From NCBI GenBank assembly GCA_964359735.1, contig CAYHTZ010000002.1, positions 22,937 through 86,936 on the forward strand: a stretch of DNA of 64,000 nt, in the 5' to 3' direction. The position numbers were made by a program, and so were the translations under genes. Numbering within the stretch: the stretch's first letter is position 1; each line of letters begins with the position of its first letter. Source of the DNA: an uncultured Candidatus Saccharibacteria bacterium. Its GTDB lineage: Bacteria; Patescibacteriota; Andersenbacteria; UBA10190. Below are positions 1-9,445 of this stretch, piece by piece. The notes under the pieces were generated by a model that was given only the letters and a program-made list of their open reading frames with translations, ran no database searches and was not told the DNA's origin.

Positions 1-2
1 GC

Positions 3-1121
3 ATTAACCTGCATAACAATAGCCTGGTTATTTTCGACCGTTTCACTTTAGAGAACGCTAATATGGTGATCTTTGCTAAATCCGGGGCAGGGAAAAGCTA
101 CGCGGTGAAGTTGGAGATTTTGCGCAGCATGATGTTTGGGACAGACGTGATTGTGATTGACCCGGAGCAAGAATACCGCTATTTGTCCGAGGCAGTGGGC
201 GGCGGGTACCTCAGAGTAGCCATTGCCAGCGAAAACCGAATCAACCCTTTTGACTTACCGGCGCTCGCCGAAGACGAGGATCCAGCGGCAGTGCTCCGGG
301 AAAACGTAGTTAGGCTCACGGGACTTGTTTCTCTCATGGTCCAAGGGTTGTCTCCCGAAGAGCAATCAATCGTAGACAAAGGGCTGTGGGAGGCTTACGC
401 ACTCAAAGACATTACGCCGGGGGCGCGCTGGGATAGGCCAGAAGTGCCCACTCTGCAAGACTTCTACACGATTATCCGCGACATGGCGGGGGGCGAGAGC
501 ATTGCCACGCGTCTCTCCCGGTTTGTGGAGGGTACCTACGCCGGCGTATTTAACCGGCCGACGAACGTGCAGCTCGATAAACAACTGATTGTGTTCAATG
601 TCCGTGATATGGAGGAGGAACTGCGACCGATTGCCATGTATGTGATCCTTGGTTTCATCTGGAACCGAGTGCGGAGCGAGCTCAAGCGGCGCCTGCTGGT
701 CGTAGACGAGGCTTGGTTCATGATGCAACACGAGGAATCGGCGCGGTTTATGTTCTCGATTGCCAAACGGGCGCGTAAATACTACTTAGGAGTAACTACG
801 ATTACGCAAGACATTACCGACTTCTTGGGTTCAAAGTTTGGTAAGCCGATTGTGACTAACTCGTCCATCCAGCTGCTATTGCGTCAGTCGCCGGCGGCCA
901 TAGACCAATTGGCGCAGGTATTCTACCTCACTGACCACGAAAAGTTTCGCCTCCTGGAAAGTGATGTGGGGGAAGGTATTTTCTTTGCCGGCTTAAAACA
1001 CGTGGCAATTAAAATTATAGCCAGTTATGCTGAAGACCAGGTCATCACCTCTGACCCGCAACAGATTTTACAAATAGAAGCGGCGCGGCGGGAGATGGCT
1101 AAACAGCAGGCGCAGGTATGA
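3..1121 (+). CDS. VirB4/TrbE/CagE-family type IV secretion ATPase, C-terminal portion. The reading frame is open from the window edge, so the gene is 5'-truncated here.
   Basis: Walker A motif FAKSGAGKS, a Walker B-like VVDEAW, and overall VirB4 C-domain layout (IDPEQEY, NPFDL, TQDITDF). The frame is open back to nt 3 with no upstream stop. Confidence 0.72.
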   Translation: MNLHNNSLVIFDRFTLENANMVIFAKSGAGKSYAVKLEILRSMMFGTDVIVIDPEQEYRYLSEAVGGGYLRVAIASENRINPFDLPALAEDEDPAAVLRENVVRLTGLVSLMVQGLSPEEQSIVDKGLWEAYALKDITPGARWDRPEVPTLQDFYTIIRDMAGGESIATRLSRFVEGTYAGVFNRPTNVQLDKQLIVFNVRDMEEELRPIAMYVILGFIWNRVRSELKRRLLVVDEAWFMMQHEESARFMFSIAKRARKYYLGVTTITQDITDFLGSKFGKPIVTNSSIQLLLRQSPAAIDQLAQVFYLTDHEKFRLLESDVGEGIFFAGLKHVAIKIIASYAEDQVITSDPQQILQIEAARREMAKQQAQV

Positions 1122-1552
1122 AACGATTCTGGTTACAATATGGAACTTTAGTGTTTTTTACCCTGCTGATTTTGTTTAGCCTGGCAGCGACAACTTCGCG
1201 CGCGGCGGCTCCGACTCCTACCCCAAATTCCTTTGAATCAGATATTTTTAGATTGGGAGGGAAAAGCATAGAAGACGTAGCGAGCAAACAGGGCCTGGTC
1301 GGCGTAATTCAGCTGATTATCAATGCGGTTACGGCGGTAGTAATTGCCCTCGGGCTGGTCATGATTGTGATTTCCGGCTTTGTGTATATGGCCGCAGAGG
1401 GCAATGAAAGCAAGATCGGCACGGCAAAGAGCATGTTAATTGCGGCAGCGTACGGAATCACCTTTGCCCTCTTGGCACAACTTTTGCTTAACACGATTAG
1501 TCCTCAGTTTGCCCAGGAGGCATTCAAACCATTCTTTGGGAAGCCGAAATAA
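1118..1552 (+). CDS. Small membrane protein with a cleavable signal peptide plus a two-helix hairpin; candidate VirB2/TrbC-like pilin subunit.
   Basis: ATGA start/stop overlap with the VirB4-like gene. Signal peptide followed by two hydrophobic helices (LVGVIQLIINAVTAVVIALGLVMIV and LIAAAYGITFALLAQLLL). Size and topology are typical of T4SS pilins. Confidence 0.4.
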   Translation: MKRFWLQYGTLVFFTLLILFSLAATTSRAAAPTPTPNSFESDIFRLGGKSIEDVASKQGLVGVIQLIINAVTAVVIALGLVMIVISGFVYMAAEGNESKIGTAKSMLIAAAYGITFALLAQLLLNTISPQFAQEAFKPFFGKPK

Positions 1553-2750
1553 GTAGGGCAATGAAAAGCCAATGGAGGGTAGCTAAGTCGTTCTTCCAGT
1601 AGATAGTGTCCGCGAGACCGAGGAGCAGTAGGGCCAATAGGGCTGTTGATACCCCTACGGCTGCCGCGGGCAGCCACTCCCCCTTCGTAAGGGGGAGAAA
1701 AGTTTTGAAAAAAATATACGCGTGAATTGTGACGAAGCTTGCAAGGCCGAGAAGGCCGGTGTTGAGCCAAAAGGAGAGGAGCCAGTTATGCGGATCACGA
1801 AAGACGAACTCAGGAAGCGGGGCGGATTCGTACTCAGTAAACCGCTCGTGCAACTTTGCCTGGTAAGCTGGCTCAAAAGTGCCCAAACCTACACCCAGGA
1901 GCGGGCGTTCGCGAATAAGATCCCAGGAGATGCTCCATAACTGCAGACGCACCTGCGCAGAACTTCCCGGTTGCTGCAGGTAATGGATTTTAGGGACGAG
2001 GAGAAAGGTTGCAACAACCCCTACCAGAATTAAAACCCCTCCCATCCTCCCCTTATCAAGGGAGGATGTCTGCTTTTCCCCCTGATAAGGGGGACTAAGG
2101 GGGTTTCTTTGGAGTATGAAGAGCCCAGCTCCGACTGCGATCAGCACTGACACGACGCCAGCCAGGGACTCCGTGAAGAGAAGAGCAAGAAACATCACGG
2201 CGGCGGCAAGGCGGCCGAATATGGAGTACGCCCGCCAAGCAAGAACAATAATGGGAGCCAGATACAATGCTAGGGAGTTTGGGACATCGTACGGACCCTG
2301 GACACGATCGAGCTGGCCGAGTTGAGAGAGACCGAGGAGTGCAACTACAAGGCCGGAAAGGACGAGGGCCGTGATGATCCAGTGCTTTAAAACCTCACCC
2401 TCCGTATGAGCGGAGACCTCTCCTTCGTAAGGAGAGGTGCTTCTCCTTGAGAAGGAGAAGCCGACTCGTGGCGAGGCGGATGAGGTGGTAAGAGCTGCAT
2501 ACACTAAAAATGCATACACGAGTGGAGTTACGATCCATCCTTTAAGAATCCCTAGACTCGTTTCCAAGTGAGGAGAGATTACTGTAGAGATTACAGCGGA
2601 GAGAAAAAACAACCCGACTAAAAAAAGAATTGGCTTAGGAATGGCCTTGGCAGTATTTATCCACGAACGGCGAATCTTTGCTTGAAAAAATCCGCTGAGC
2701 GCGACTGCCCAGACGGCCGCTTCAAGAAGCGTGGTCGGGATACCAGCCAC
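1524..2750 (-). CDS. O-antigen ligase / Wzy_C-family polytopic membrane protein.
   Basis: More than 10 predicted TM helices; GVGLGTF...RDPHNWLLSFWLNTGLLGL matches the Wzy_C core. Hairpin repeat elements lie in-frame inside the ORF (SPYEGE, PPYQGE and PLTKGEW peptides). Confidence 0.6.
   Translation of the reverse strand: MAGIPTTLLEAAVWAVALSGFFQAKIRRSWINTAKAIPKPILFLVGLFFLSAVISTVISPHLETSLGILKGWIVTPLVYAFLVYAALTTSSASPRVGFSFSRRSTSPYEGEVSAHTEGEVLKHWIITALVLSGLVVALLGLSQLGQLDRVQGPYDVPNSLALYLAPIIVLAWRAYSIFGRLAAAVMFLALLFTESLAGVVSVLIAVGAGLFILQRNPLSPPYQGEKQTSSLDKGRMGGVLILVGVVATFLLVPKIHYLQQPGSSAQVRLQLWSISWDLIRERPLLGVGLGTFEPAYQAKLHERFTEYESAPLPEFVFRDPHNWLLSFWLNTGLLGLASFVTIHAYIFFKTFLPLTKGEWLPAAAVGVSTALLALLLLGLADTIYWKNDLATLHWLFIALLISASQRMV
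1677..1697. repeat. CCTT-NNN-AAGG-core palindromic hairpin element. It lies in-frame inside the O-antigen-ligase-like gene and encodes PLTKGEW.
   Basis: CTCCCCCTT-cgt-AAGGGGGAG. A 28-nt stretch is identical to 3449-3476. Confidence 0.55.
2044..2093. repeat. Two adjacent hairpin elements of the same family, in-frame inside a coding sequence (they encode PPYQGE...LDKGR).
   Basis: ATCCTCCCCTT-atc-AAGGGAGGAT and CCCCCT-gata-AGGGGG. Confidence 0.5.
2399..2460. repeat. Three tandem hairpin elements of the same family, in-frame inside a coding sequence (they encode SPYEGEVSAHTEGE).
   Basis: CTCCG-tatgag-CGGAG, ACCTCTCCTT-cgt-AAGGAGAGGT and CTTCTCCTT-gag-AAGGAGAAG. Confidence 0.55.
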
Positions 2751-4191
2751 GGAAAAACGAACTAGGTAGGCGGGGAGAAGGAAGGCGATGAGGATGACCC
2801 CTTTTCGTAGAAAGACATAGGGTGGTAATCACTATCAGCGTAATCAACAGGTGGTTATAGAGAAAGCTGTTGACTACCTGGGAATGCAGAAAGAGCGCCA
2901 TGAGACTGCCGGCGGCCCCAAGGGCGAGAGTGTCCCCACGAAAAGCGCGGGAAAGGAAAAACGTTACAAGCCCCACCCACGGCAGGAAAAATAAGACCGC
3001 GCCGGGTACGCCCGTAGTTACGGCCAGCGTTAACCAACTGTTATCAGCGCCGGCTCGAGAGTGGATAGTGAAATCGCTCGAGAGTCCCTCCACGGCAGCG
3101 GCAAATTGATACGCGTTATAGCCTACGCCGAAGTAGGGGTGCTGCTCGCTCAGGAAAAGCGCCCCGGCCAGAGACTCCACTCGCAACGCAGCGGTTTCAT
3201 CTACGGTCAAAAGGCCGGCGAGGCGGCTCGGGGCAAGAGCTGTAACACACGCAATGAGCAGCACAGCGCTGGTAAGGGCGCTGACAGCGAGGCCAGCTCC
3301 CATCCGCCGGGGAAGACGCTGCAGCTGCCAGATGAATGCCGGAGCAAGTAAGAGAAAAGTAAGGCCGAGTGCCAGGAAGCTGCTGCGGGATTGGGTGAGA
3401 AGAAGAGCCAAGAGCGCCGCAAGCAAGACCCCTACGGCCGTGAAGCGCGGCCACTCCCCCTTCGTAAGGGGGAGAAAGCTATGAGCAAAAATCCACGGGA
3501 TCACGATGATTAATAATCCTCCAAACAAATTGGGATCGAGCCAGGTAGAAAAGAGACGGCCTTGATGCGGGTCCCATTTCGCTCCGGCCAAAGCTGGAGC
3601 TACGCGGGACAAGTCCCCTAAGTTCGGCAGCAGCACGAGTTGCAGGAAACCAATGACCACGAGTACGACGACGGCACCAACCAGAAAATGCTGAGTAGCA
3701 TTTCTGATACGAATATCACGAAAAAGAATGAGCAGTGCGGGGAAGAGCGCGAGGGTGGTGGTCAGACGAAGCCAGTAGAGGAAAGCGACCAGGAAGTTTT
3801 GGAGGCCTAAGTCGGGTACACGGGGAAGGAGGATGAAAAGGGACCAGAGGATAAAAGTAGACAGTAGGCAGTAAGCAGTAAGCAGAAGGGGTGATTTTTT
3901 GCTGCGCTGTATACTGTGTACTGCATACTGTTTTCTTGCTCCTTGGCTAAATAGCCTTTGGAGAAGCGCGGCGCCTAGTACGAGCACAGTCGCAACATCG
4001 CTCACCAACAACCCTCCTCCCTGGCCGGGAAGGGGAACCCGAAAGAGCTGCCCGGCTATGAGCGAGAGGATGAGAGTGCCAGTGGCAAGTTTAGGAAAGC
4101 GTAGCGCCCAGGCGCCTGTGCAGAGTACAGTCAGTGCACCTCCGGCGAGAAATACCGGTACAGGCGACGCAAGAAGCGCTGTAGCCCCCAT
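2722..4191 (-). CDS. O-antigen ligase / Wzy_C-family membrane protein, a paralog of the preceding gene. The true start is uncertain because the annotated start overlaps the upstream GT2 gene by 61 nt.
   Basis: Polytopic membrane protein with GVGYNAY...HSRAGADNSWLTLAVTTGVPG. Shares the FLPLTKGEW segment with its neighbour; the two loci share an identical 28-nt stretch. Confidence 0.55.
   Translation of the reverse strand: MGATALLASPVPVFLAGGALTVLCTGAWALRFPKLATGTLILSLIAGQLFRVPLPGQGGGLLVSDVATVLVLGAALLQRLFSQGARKQYAVHSIQRSKKSPLLLTAYCLLSTFILWSLFILLPRVPDLGLQNFLVAFLYWLRLTTTLALFPALLILFRDIRIRNATQHFLVGAVVVLVVIGFLQLVLLPNLGDLSRVAPALAGAKWDPHQGRLFSTWLDPNLFGGLLIIVIPWIFAHSFLPLTKGEWPRFTAVGVLLAALLALLLTQSRSSFLALGLTFLLLAPAFIWQLQRLPRRMGAGLAVSALTSAVLLIACVTALAPSRLAGLLTVDETAALRVESLAGALFLSEQHPYFGVGYNAYQFAAAVEGLSSDFTIHSRAGADNSWLTLAVTTGVPGAVLFFLPWVGLVTFFLSRAFRGDTLALGAAGSLMALFLHSQVVNSFLYNHLLITLIVITTLCLSTKRGHPHRLPSPRLPSSFFRGWYPDHAS
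3454..3474. repeat. Hairpin element of the same family, in-frame in the second ligase paralog.
   Basis: CTCCCCCTT-cgt-AAGGGGGAG. Confidence 0.55.
3856..3934. repeat. Heptamer-array palindromic element: four GTARRCA (CAGTARR) direct heptamers plus three inverted ACTGNNN heptamers, lying in-frame in the 5' part of the ligase paralog.
   Basis: gtagaca gtaggca gtaagca gtaagca ... actgtgt actgcat actgttt. Confidence 0.45.
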
Positions 4192-4892
4192 ATCATTGGA
4201 GAGTAGTGTTTGTGAAAGTATTTGTCAGCTGACTTGTCATATAACTGAGTTTTGCGGCGCGTATCAGAAAGACTCCTGCCCCGCTGATGGAAAACCTGAA
4301 TATAAGGAAAGTACATGACTTGGCCACCCTGCTGGCAGAGGCGCCGGCTTAAATCAATATCCTCCCAGTAGAGAAAGAACTCCGGATCGAAGCCGCCGAC
4401 TTTTTCAAACATTGCCCGGCGCACCAGCAGAGCTGCGCCGGACACCCACCCCACGGGGGTGGGTGTAGACGGAATTTCTGGACGGCGGCGCCGGTGCGTG
4501 AAAAGAGAAAAGAGCGTAACCGGCGGACCGAAACTTACCTCAGGCTTACCCGTAGGGTCTACCAATTGAAAGCCGAGCGCCGCTACATCCGGATGAGACT
4601 CAAGGTAGGTGAGTGCGGTCTCCAGTGAAGGCTCCTTGAGATACGCGTCTGGGTTCAGAAATAAAATGCAGGGGCTCTGGCCAAGCGTAGCTCCTTGGTT
4701 CGCCCCGGCAGCGAAGCCAAGGTTTTTACTTTGAGAGTGGGGCGCAACTCCTAGGGTAGCGAGGGTAGCCACAGTGTCATCTTGGGAGGCATTATCAACC
4801 ACAACAATACGGGCATCTTTCGGGAGGCTTTGTAGACACTGCGCAGCTGTGCCAGCGTTGTTATACGTCACCACTACAACATCAACTTTCAT
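4131..4892 (-). CDS. Family 2 glycosyltransferase.
   Basis: N-terminus MKVDVVVVTYNN...VVVDNASQDDT is the GT2 signature. The start was moved to the internal Met because the ATG overlaps the stop of the upstream GT2 gene (ATGA at 4889-4892). Confidence 0.75.
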   Translation of the reverse strand: MKVDVVVVTYNNAGTAAQCLQSLPKDARIVVVDNASQDDTVATLATLGVAPHSQSKNLGFAAGANQGATLGQSPCILFLNPDAYLKEPSLETALTYLESHPDVAALGFQLVDPTGKPEVSFGPPVTLFSLFTHRRRRPEIPSTPTPVGWVSGAALLVRRAMFEKVGGFDPEFFLYWEDIDLSRRLCQQGGQVMYFPYIQVFHQRGRSLSDTRRKTQLYDKSADKYFHKHYSPMIWGLQRFLRRLYRYFSPEVH

Positions 4893-5755
4893 GGCCGCTG
4901 GCCTGTGCGGTGAAGAACGGCATCGCGCAGCGCTTGTCGAATCGTGCGCACAGAGGGCGAGGCCGGCTGAAGGTTGTGGTAGATGAGGCGCAGCAAGTTG
5001 AGCAGGCGCCAAAGCCAGCGCCACGGGCGGGGAGAATTACTCTGCAGAAACATGGCTCCGTTGCGAACCAGGTAGTAGAGATGGTCGGAGTCGGACTGGC
5101 TGGGAGGCGCATCATCGTGTGTGACGGGAAGACCGGAAATAACTTTTAGGGGAATTCCCATTTGCCGGGCTCGTAGAGAAAATAGGACATCTTCCCAATA
5201 CATGAAAAAATGGTTGGGCAGCCCTTGGAGGGTAAGAAATGTGTTTAAGGGGGCGCTGAGAAATGACCCATGAAGATAGGTTAAGTGGAATCTGGAAGCT
5301 GCCCACCACTTCGGCGGGTCCGCCGTGCTGGCGGAGAGCTTGGAATCAATTGTTGTTCGCCCAGTTACGAGGTTCACTTGACCCAATTTTATCCCTGCGA
5401 TGGCGGGCGCGGGGTTAGTCTGCCACCAGGCAATAACCTTTTCTACTGTATCAGGCGAGACTTCACTGTCATTGTTGAGAAGGATTACGATATCGCTCCG
5501 GGATGTTCGTTGCCCCAAAAGAAACCCTAAGCCAAAGTTAACGCCGCCGGCGTAGCCAGCGTTTCGGGCGGGGCGGATGATGGCAACACGTTTATCCCCC
5601 CAGAAATCAGGCAAGGAAGCTGGCCCATGGTCAACTACGATGATGCGATCGGGGAGGCGCTGGGAGTGGAGCAGCTGTTCAACAAGTGTTTTCGTGGGCA
5701 GGCTCTCGCCATAGTGGACAGTCACAATATGATACTTTTTGGTTTGTGGAATCAT
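4889..5755 (-). CDS. Family 2 glycosyltransferase.
   Basis: HIVTVHYGE...RIIVVDHGP...ILLNNDSEV is a GT2 (rhamnosyltransferase-like) fold signature. Confidence 0.75.
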   Translation of the reverse strand: MIPQTKKYHIVTVHYGESLPTKTLVEQLLHSQRLPDRIIVVDHGPASLPDFWGDKRVAIIRPARNAGYAGGVNFGLGFLLGQRTSRSDIVILLNNDSEVSPDTVEKVIAWWQTNPAPAIAGIKLGQVNLVTGRTTIDSKLSASTADPPKWWAASRFHLTYLHGSFLSAPLNTFLTLQGLPNHFFMYWEDVLFSLRARQMGIPLKVISGLPVTHDDAPPSQSDSDHLYYLVRNGAMFLQSNSPRPWRWLWRLLNLLRLIYHNLQPASPSVRTIRQALRDAVLHRTGQRP

Positions 5756-5785
5756 TGTGGAAAAAACTGAGGATAATTACAGAGA

Positions 5786-6742
5786 TTATTTAAAAAATGC
5801 CACTTTTCTCCTCAAGAAAGCCAATAAACCCCCATGGCTTCTCCACACTCCTTGCCAGAAAGCGTTGCTTGTGAACACAAGAAATAGCCAAGGAAATGAG
5901 ACTTTCTGAAACAGGGCCAGGAAGACGCGGAGGGCGGCTTGGCCGCCTAAAAGTATAAACAATGCCCGGAAGAAATAGGCCGCCTGCGACGAAGGGCGGG
6001 GTAAAGAAACGTCTGGGTGTACGGCTTGGTAGGACTTCAGGGAGAGGCCTACCGCCTGCTGCCGCTCAGCAATAGCTGAGAGCGAGTAGAAGTGGCGGTG
6101 GAGCCCTACGGCAGCGTGGAGAATATGGAGTGTTATGCCTTGTCCTCCCAGAGTGCGGCCAAGACTTAGGTCTTCCCAGCCATATGAGTCGAGTTCTTCA
6201 GGAAAACGGGCGCGGGAAAGTATGTGCCTTTTGAGAGAGAGGTGAGAGGCGTAAAAAAAGTGAGCAGGGTCGGCCTGTGTTTCCCCTAAGAGGCTGTCAA
6301 AATCATTCTGCTGCCCGCCATGCATCATCCACTCCATCAGGGGTGTGGGAGGAAGACGCGGGTCCCATTTCACCATGCCAAGCGCTGCTTCATGAGCTCC
6401 TTGATGCTGCTCGTGAAAGGTAAGGTGGTGCGCCAGCGCTTCGGGCTGTAAGAGAATATCCGCTCCCAGGAAAAAGATGACGTCGGCGCGGGCTTGCGCA
6501 AGCGCCCGATTGCGAGAGGCGGCTGGGCCGGCATGTTCTCCTGAGATGATAGTGAGACTCCACGGACGGGGAAGCGAAAGCGCTTGGATAGCGGTCTCTA
6601 TGTCATCGGTAGAGCCATCATCACTAACAAGGATACGAAGCGTCCAGGACGGGCGCGGTAGGTGAGAGCGGGAAAGCGCCACCAGGGTTTCGCGCAGGGT
6701 GGAGGCCCGATTATACGCAGGGATAATGACATCACACTTCAT
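5786..6742 (-). CDS. Family 2 glycosyltransferase.
   Basis: MKCDVIIPAYNRASTLRETL...LVSDDGSTDD is a GT2 N-terminal signature. Confidence 0.7.
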   Translation of the reverse strand: MKCDVIIPAYNRASTLRETLVALSRSHLPRPSWTLRILVSDDGSTDDIETAIQALSLPRPWSLTIISGEHAGPAASRNRALAQARADVIFFLGADILLQPEALAHHLTFHEQHQGAHEAALGMVKWDPRLPPTPLMEWMMHGGQQNDFDSLLGETQADPAHFFYASHLSLKRHILSRARFPEELDSYGWEDLSLGRTLGGQGITLHILHAAVGLHRHFYSLSAIAERQQAVGLSLKSYQAVHPDVSLPRPSSQAAYFFRALFILLGGQAALRVFLALFQKVSFPWLFLVFTSNAFWQGVWRSHGGLLAFLRRKVAFFK

Positions 6743-8157
6743 GGCTTCGCGAGGAGGGTACGTATTTCCTTCGGGTCAAAAAGCTTGAGAGCAAAGCTCA
6801 TGCCACCGAAGATGCCAGCAGCGATGAAGGCTTGGGCGACAACGTGCCAGCTGTCGGGAAGAATCAAGGTGCCCCCGGTGGTGGCGAGCAGCACAATGAT
6901 TAGCTTTGCAAAAAATGTTGATGAGAACGTATAGGGGGCCAGGCGATACGCCAAGATGGCGGCAATCGCTGCCGCGAGTACTTCGGTGGCTACCGTGACG
7001 ACGGCAGCGGCGAGAGCGCCATACCGAGGAATGGTAAGCAGGTTGGCTATGACATTAAAAATCACGAGGCCTGCGTAGAGCCACATGAGGGAGCGCACCC
7101 GGCCGCGGGCGACCAAGGTAAACCCAAACAGGTTGCCGAGAAACATAACAAAGAGGGCTAGGGAGAGGATCGCTAAGAGAGGGGCGGTACCGGCGAAGGA
7201 ATCCCCTGATAAAAAATGGATGATGGGGGCGGCGAGTAAGGCAAGGAGGAGGGAGACGCCGCTGCCGATGAGAGTCACCATGTACAGGCTTTCACGAAAC
7301 AGCGCAGTGGGTAGAGAGGACCCCTCGCTTAAGCGAGGGAGGAGGAGCCCACCGAACGCCGCGGGTAAAAATAGCGCGCTTTCAATGATGCGGTACGCTA
7401 GGCCGTAGAGTCCCACTTCACTTTCTGGGCGGAAAAAAGACAAGATGAGAATATCAACGCGGAAGTAAACAGCATTTAAGGCGAGGAGCGCTGCCGCCGG
7501 CCAAGATTCGGCCAGAATTTCCCGCACCCGCGAGGAGTTTGGGGGGAGGTGCAGACGGAAGCGGAGCGGAAGGAAGTGGAGATGGGCCAGGGCAGCCGCC
7601 ACGGTGCCTGCGGTAAAGGCGAATACCATTAGGGCCACGTGGACGCGGGGGAAAAGGGAGACGGCCACGTACGGCGCCCCTAAAACTACGCCTAGTTGCA
7701 CGAAGCGTCCCACCAGGTCTCCAACGCTCGCGCGCCAGAGGCTGGCACGAGCTTGGAACACCCCCATCAAGAGTTGGCTCAGGGACTGCGCCGCAAAGCC
7801 AGCCGCGGCAATCCAGAAAACCCCCAGGGTATTCTTGAGAATAGGAAAGACAGGGAGAAAAAGACTGCCGAGAAAAAACGCCGCGAAGAGGCTCACTAAG
7901 CGTATCCACGTGATGTCGGAAAGAAGAGTCGAGGCGGACTTAGGTTCCTGCCCCACTCTACGGGTGAGGGTAAGGTACAGCCCCAGGTCGGCACCGATTA
8001 GGACTAACGATCCATAGGCAAGGACAGCAGCGTACTGCCCGAACGCTTCCTCTCCTAAGAAGCGTGTCAGCGCAGCTAGCACAGCAAACCCTAAGGCAAC
8101 TTGGACAACGCGCCCTACAATGGCGACCAGGGTGTTCGTGGCAATTGACTGCGGCAC
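6739..8157 (-). CDS. Polysaccharide/O-unit flippase of the Wzx (MOP superfamily) type.
   Basis: About 12 to 14 TM helices. The N-terminal NTLVAIVGRVVQVALGFAVLAALTRFLGEEAFGQY is typical of Wzx. Sits in an operon with the GT2 genes. Confidence 0.7.
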   Translation of the reverse strand: MPQSIATNTLVAIVGRVVQVALGFAVLAALTRFLGEEAFGQYAAVLAYGSLVLIGADLGLYLTLTRRVGQEPKSASTLLSDITWIRLVSLFAAFFLGSLFLPVFPILKNTLGVFWIAAAGFAAQSLSQLLMGVFQARASLWRASVGDLVGRFVQLGVVLGAPYVAVSLFPRVHVALMVFAFTAGTVAAALAHLHFLPLRFRLHLPPNSSRVREILAESWPAAALLALNAVYFRVDILILSFFRPESEVGLYGLAYRIIESALFLPAAFGGLLLPRLSEGSSLPTALFRESLYMVTLIGSGVSLLLALLAAPIIHFLSGDSFAGTAPLLAILSLALFVMFLGNLFGFTLVARGRVRSLMWLYAGLVIFNVIANLLTIPRYGALAAAVVTVATEVLAAAIAAILAYRLAPYTFSSTFFAKLIIVLLATTGGTLILPDSWHVVAQAFIAAGIFGGMSFALKLFDPKEIRTLLAKP

Positions 8158-8165
8158 ATTCTCCT

Positions 8166-8642
8166 TTACGAGCGGGGACGAATCACAACACGCCGGTGCG
8201 GGTCTTCCCCTAGGCTTTCGGTAACCACGCTGGCGTTGTCTCCCAAGGCGGTGTGGACAGCACGGCGGTCGGGAGCCGACATGGGCTCTAAGACAATGGC
8301 GCGTTTCAGGGTGAGGGCTTGTTCCGCTGCTTCCCGGGCGCGCTCAGCCAGAAGGCTCCCGCGCTCGCGGCGGTACTCATTCACATCCACTGTCACAGGA
8401 ATGCTCCAGGAGAATTTGTGCCGCAGGGCGCAGTGCAGTACGTGTTCAAGCGCTTGCAGGTGAGCACCTTGCGCCCCAATCAGAAGTCGTCCGTTTTCCG
8501 GGGCAGTAACAGCGAGCCGAATGCGACCAGAATCCTCTCGCTCGCTGGCGACCTGCGCATCCTCGCAATTCATCAAGTCCAGTAGACGGCGGAGCTCCTC
8601 CTCGGCGGCCACGACGGGAGACTCAGCAGAGCTTTCTTCCAT
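8166..8642 (-). CDS. jag: Jag/KhpB-like RNA-binding protein (KH plus R3H).
   Basis: Position directly downstream of yidC in the conserved rnpA-yidD-yidC-jag order; C-terminal R3H-like region. The start was placed at the internal Met (MEESSAE) to avoid overlap with yidC. Confidence 0.55.
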   Translation of the reverse strand: MEESSAESPVVAAEEELRRLLDLMNCEDAQVASEREDSGRIRLAVTAPENGRLLIGAQGAHLQALEHVLHCALRHKFSWSIPVTVDVNEYRRERGSLLAERAREAAEQALTLKRAIVLEPMSAPDRRAVHTALGDNASVVTESLGEDPHRRVVIRPRS

Positions 8643-8652
8643 ACACCTAACC

Positions 8653-9429
8653 CTAGACGGTTGGTGGGAGGCTCGCAAGATGAAGTGTTCGTTTAAATAA
8701 CCACTGCTGGAGCATGGCCAACGCGATGGAGACAATCCAGTACAGCGCCAGGGCCGAGGGCAGCTGCAGAGAAATAAATACAGTCATAGCTGGGAAGACG
8801 TAGGCCATATTCTTTTGCATAGAAGCCATCATCTTCGCACTACTGTCGTTCTCAGAAGCTAGGGCTGGAGTGGGAGTGGTGGGAGAAAAGAATCGCACTT
8901 GAATAAACTGAGCGGCTCCCGCCGCGATGGCTAGCACCAGGCTGGGTTGAGTGAGCCTTATACCGAGGAAAGACAAGTTGATAGTTTCAGGAAGGCTTAC
9001 AAATGAATACAAGTAGTGGGCAGAGGCTGGACCAATTTCAGTCAGGAAGACGCGGTAGAGAGCAATGAGAATAGGCAGTTGAATCAGTAAGAGCAAACAC
9101 CCTGAGGCTGGGTTAACTCCCGCCTTGCGGTATAGAGCCATGGTGGACTCGGCTTGTTTCTGTCGATTGCCTTGGTGTTCTTTCTGAATACGTTTGAGTT
9201 CGGCTTGGAGGCTAGCCATCTTGCCCTGGTTGCGCTGCGTTTGCAGAGCTTGCTTCAGTGAAAGAGGAAGTAAGATGAGCCGCACCACGAGTGTCACCAA
9301 AACAATGGCCACCCACATGTAGTGCCCAGGCGTAAAGCTGGTTAAGCCGACGAGTAAGTTAAAGAGCGGACGCCAGAGGACTTCGGTGTAGACAAGGGTG
9401 AGGGGGTTCATACCAAACTCAAAACGCAA
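8653..9429 (-). CDS. yidC: Membrane protein insertase YidC, short form.
   Basis: YidC/Oxa1 core helices and conserved context. The start could be the second Met at 9411. Confidence 0.8.
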   Translation of the reverse strand: MRFEFGMNPLTLVYTEVLWRPLFNLLVGLTSFTPGHYMWVAIVLVTLVVRLILLPLSLKQALQTQRNQGKMASLQAELKRIQKEHQGNRQKQAESTMALYRKAGVNPASGCLLLLIQLPILIALYRVFLTEIGPASAHYLYSFVSLPETINLSFLGIRLTQPSLVLAIAAGAAQFIQVRFFSPTTPTPALASENDSSAKMMASMQKNMAYVFPAMTVFISLQLPSALALYWIVSIALAMLQQWLFKRTLHLASLPPTV

Positions 9430-9445
9430 AAATCAAAAGTCAAAA

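Noticed and set aside
4893-5024. Upstream extension of the GT2 gene (MALALAPAQL...).
   Set aside because: It has no GT2 homology. The internal ATG at 4892 forms a classic ATGA overlap with the upstream gene's stop and begins the MKVDVVVVTYNN signature.
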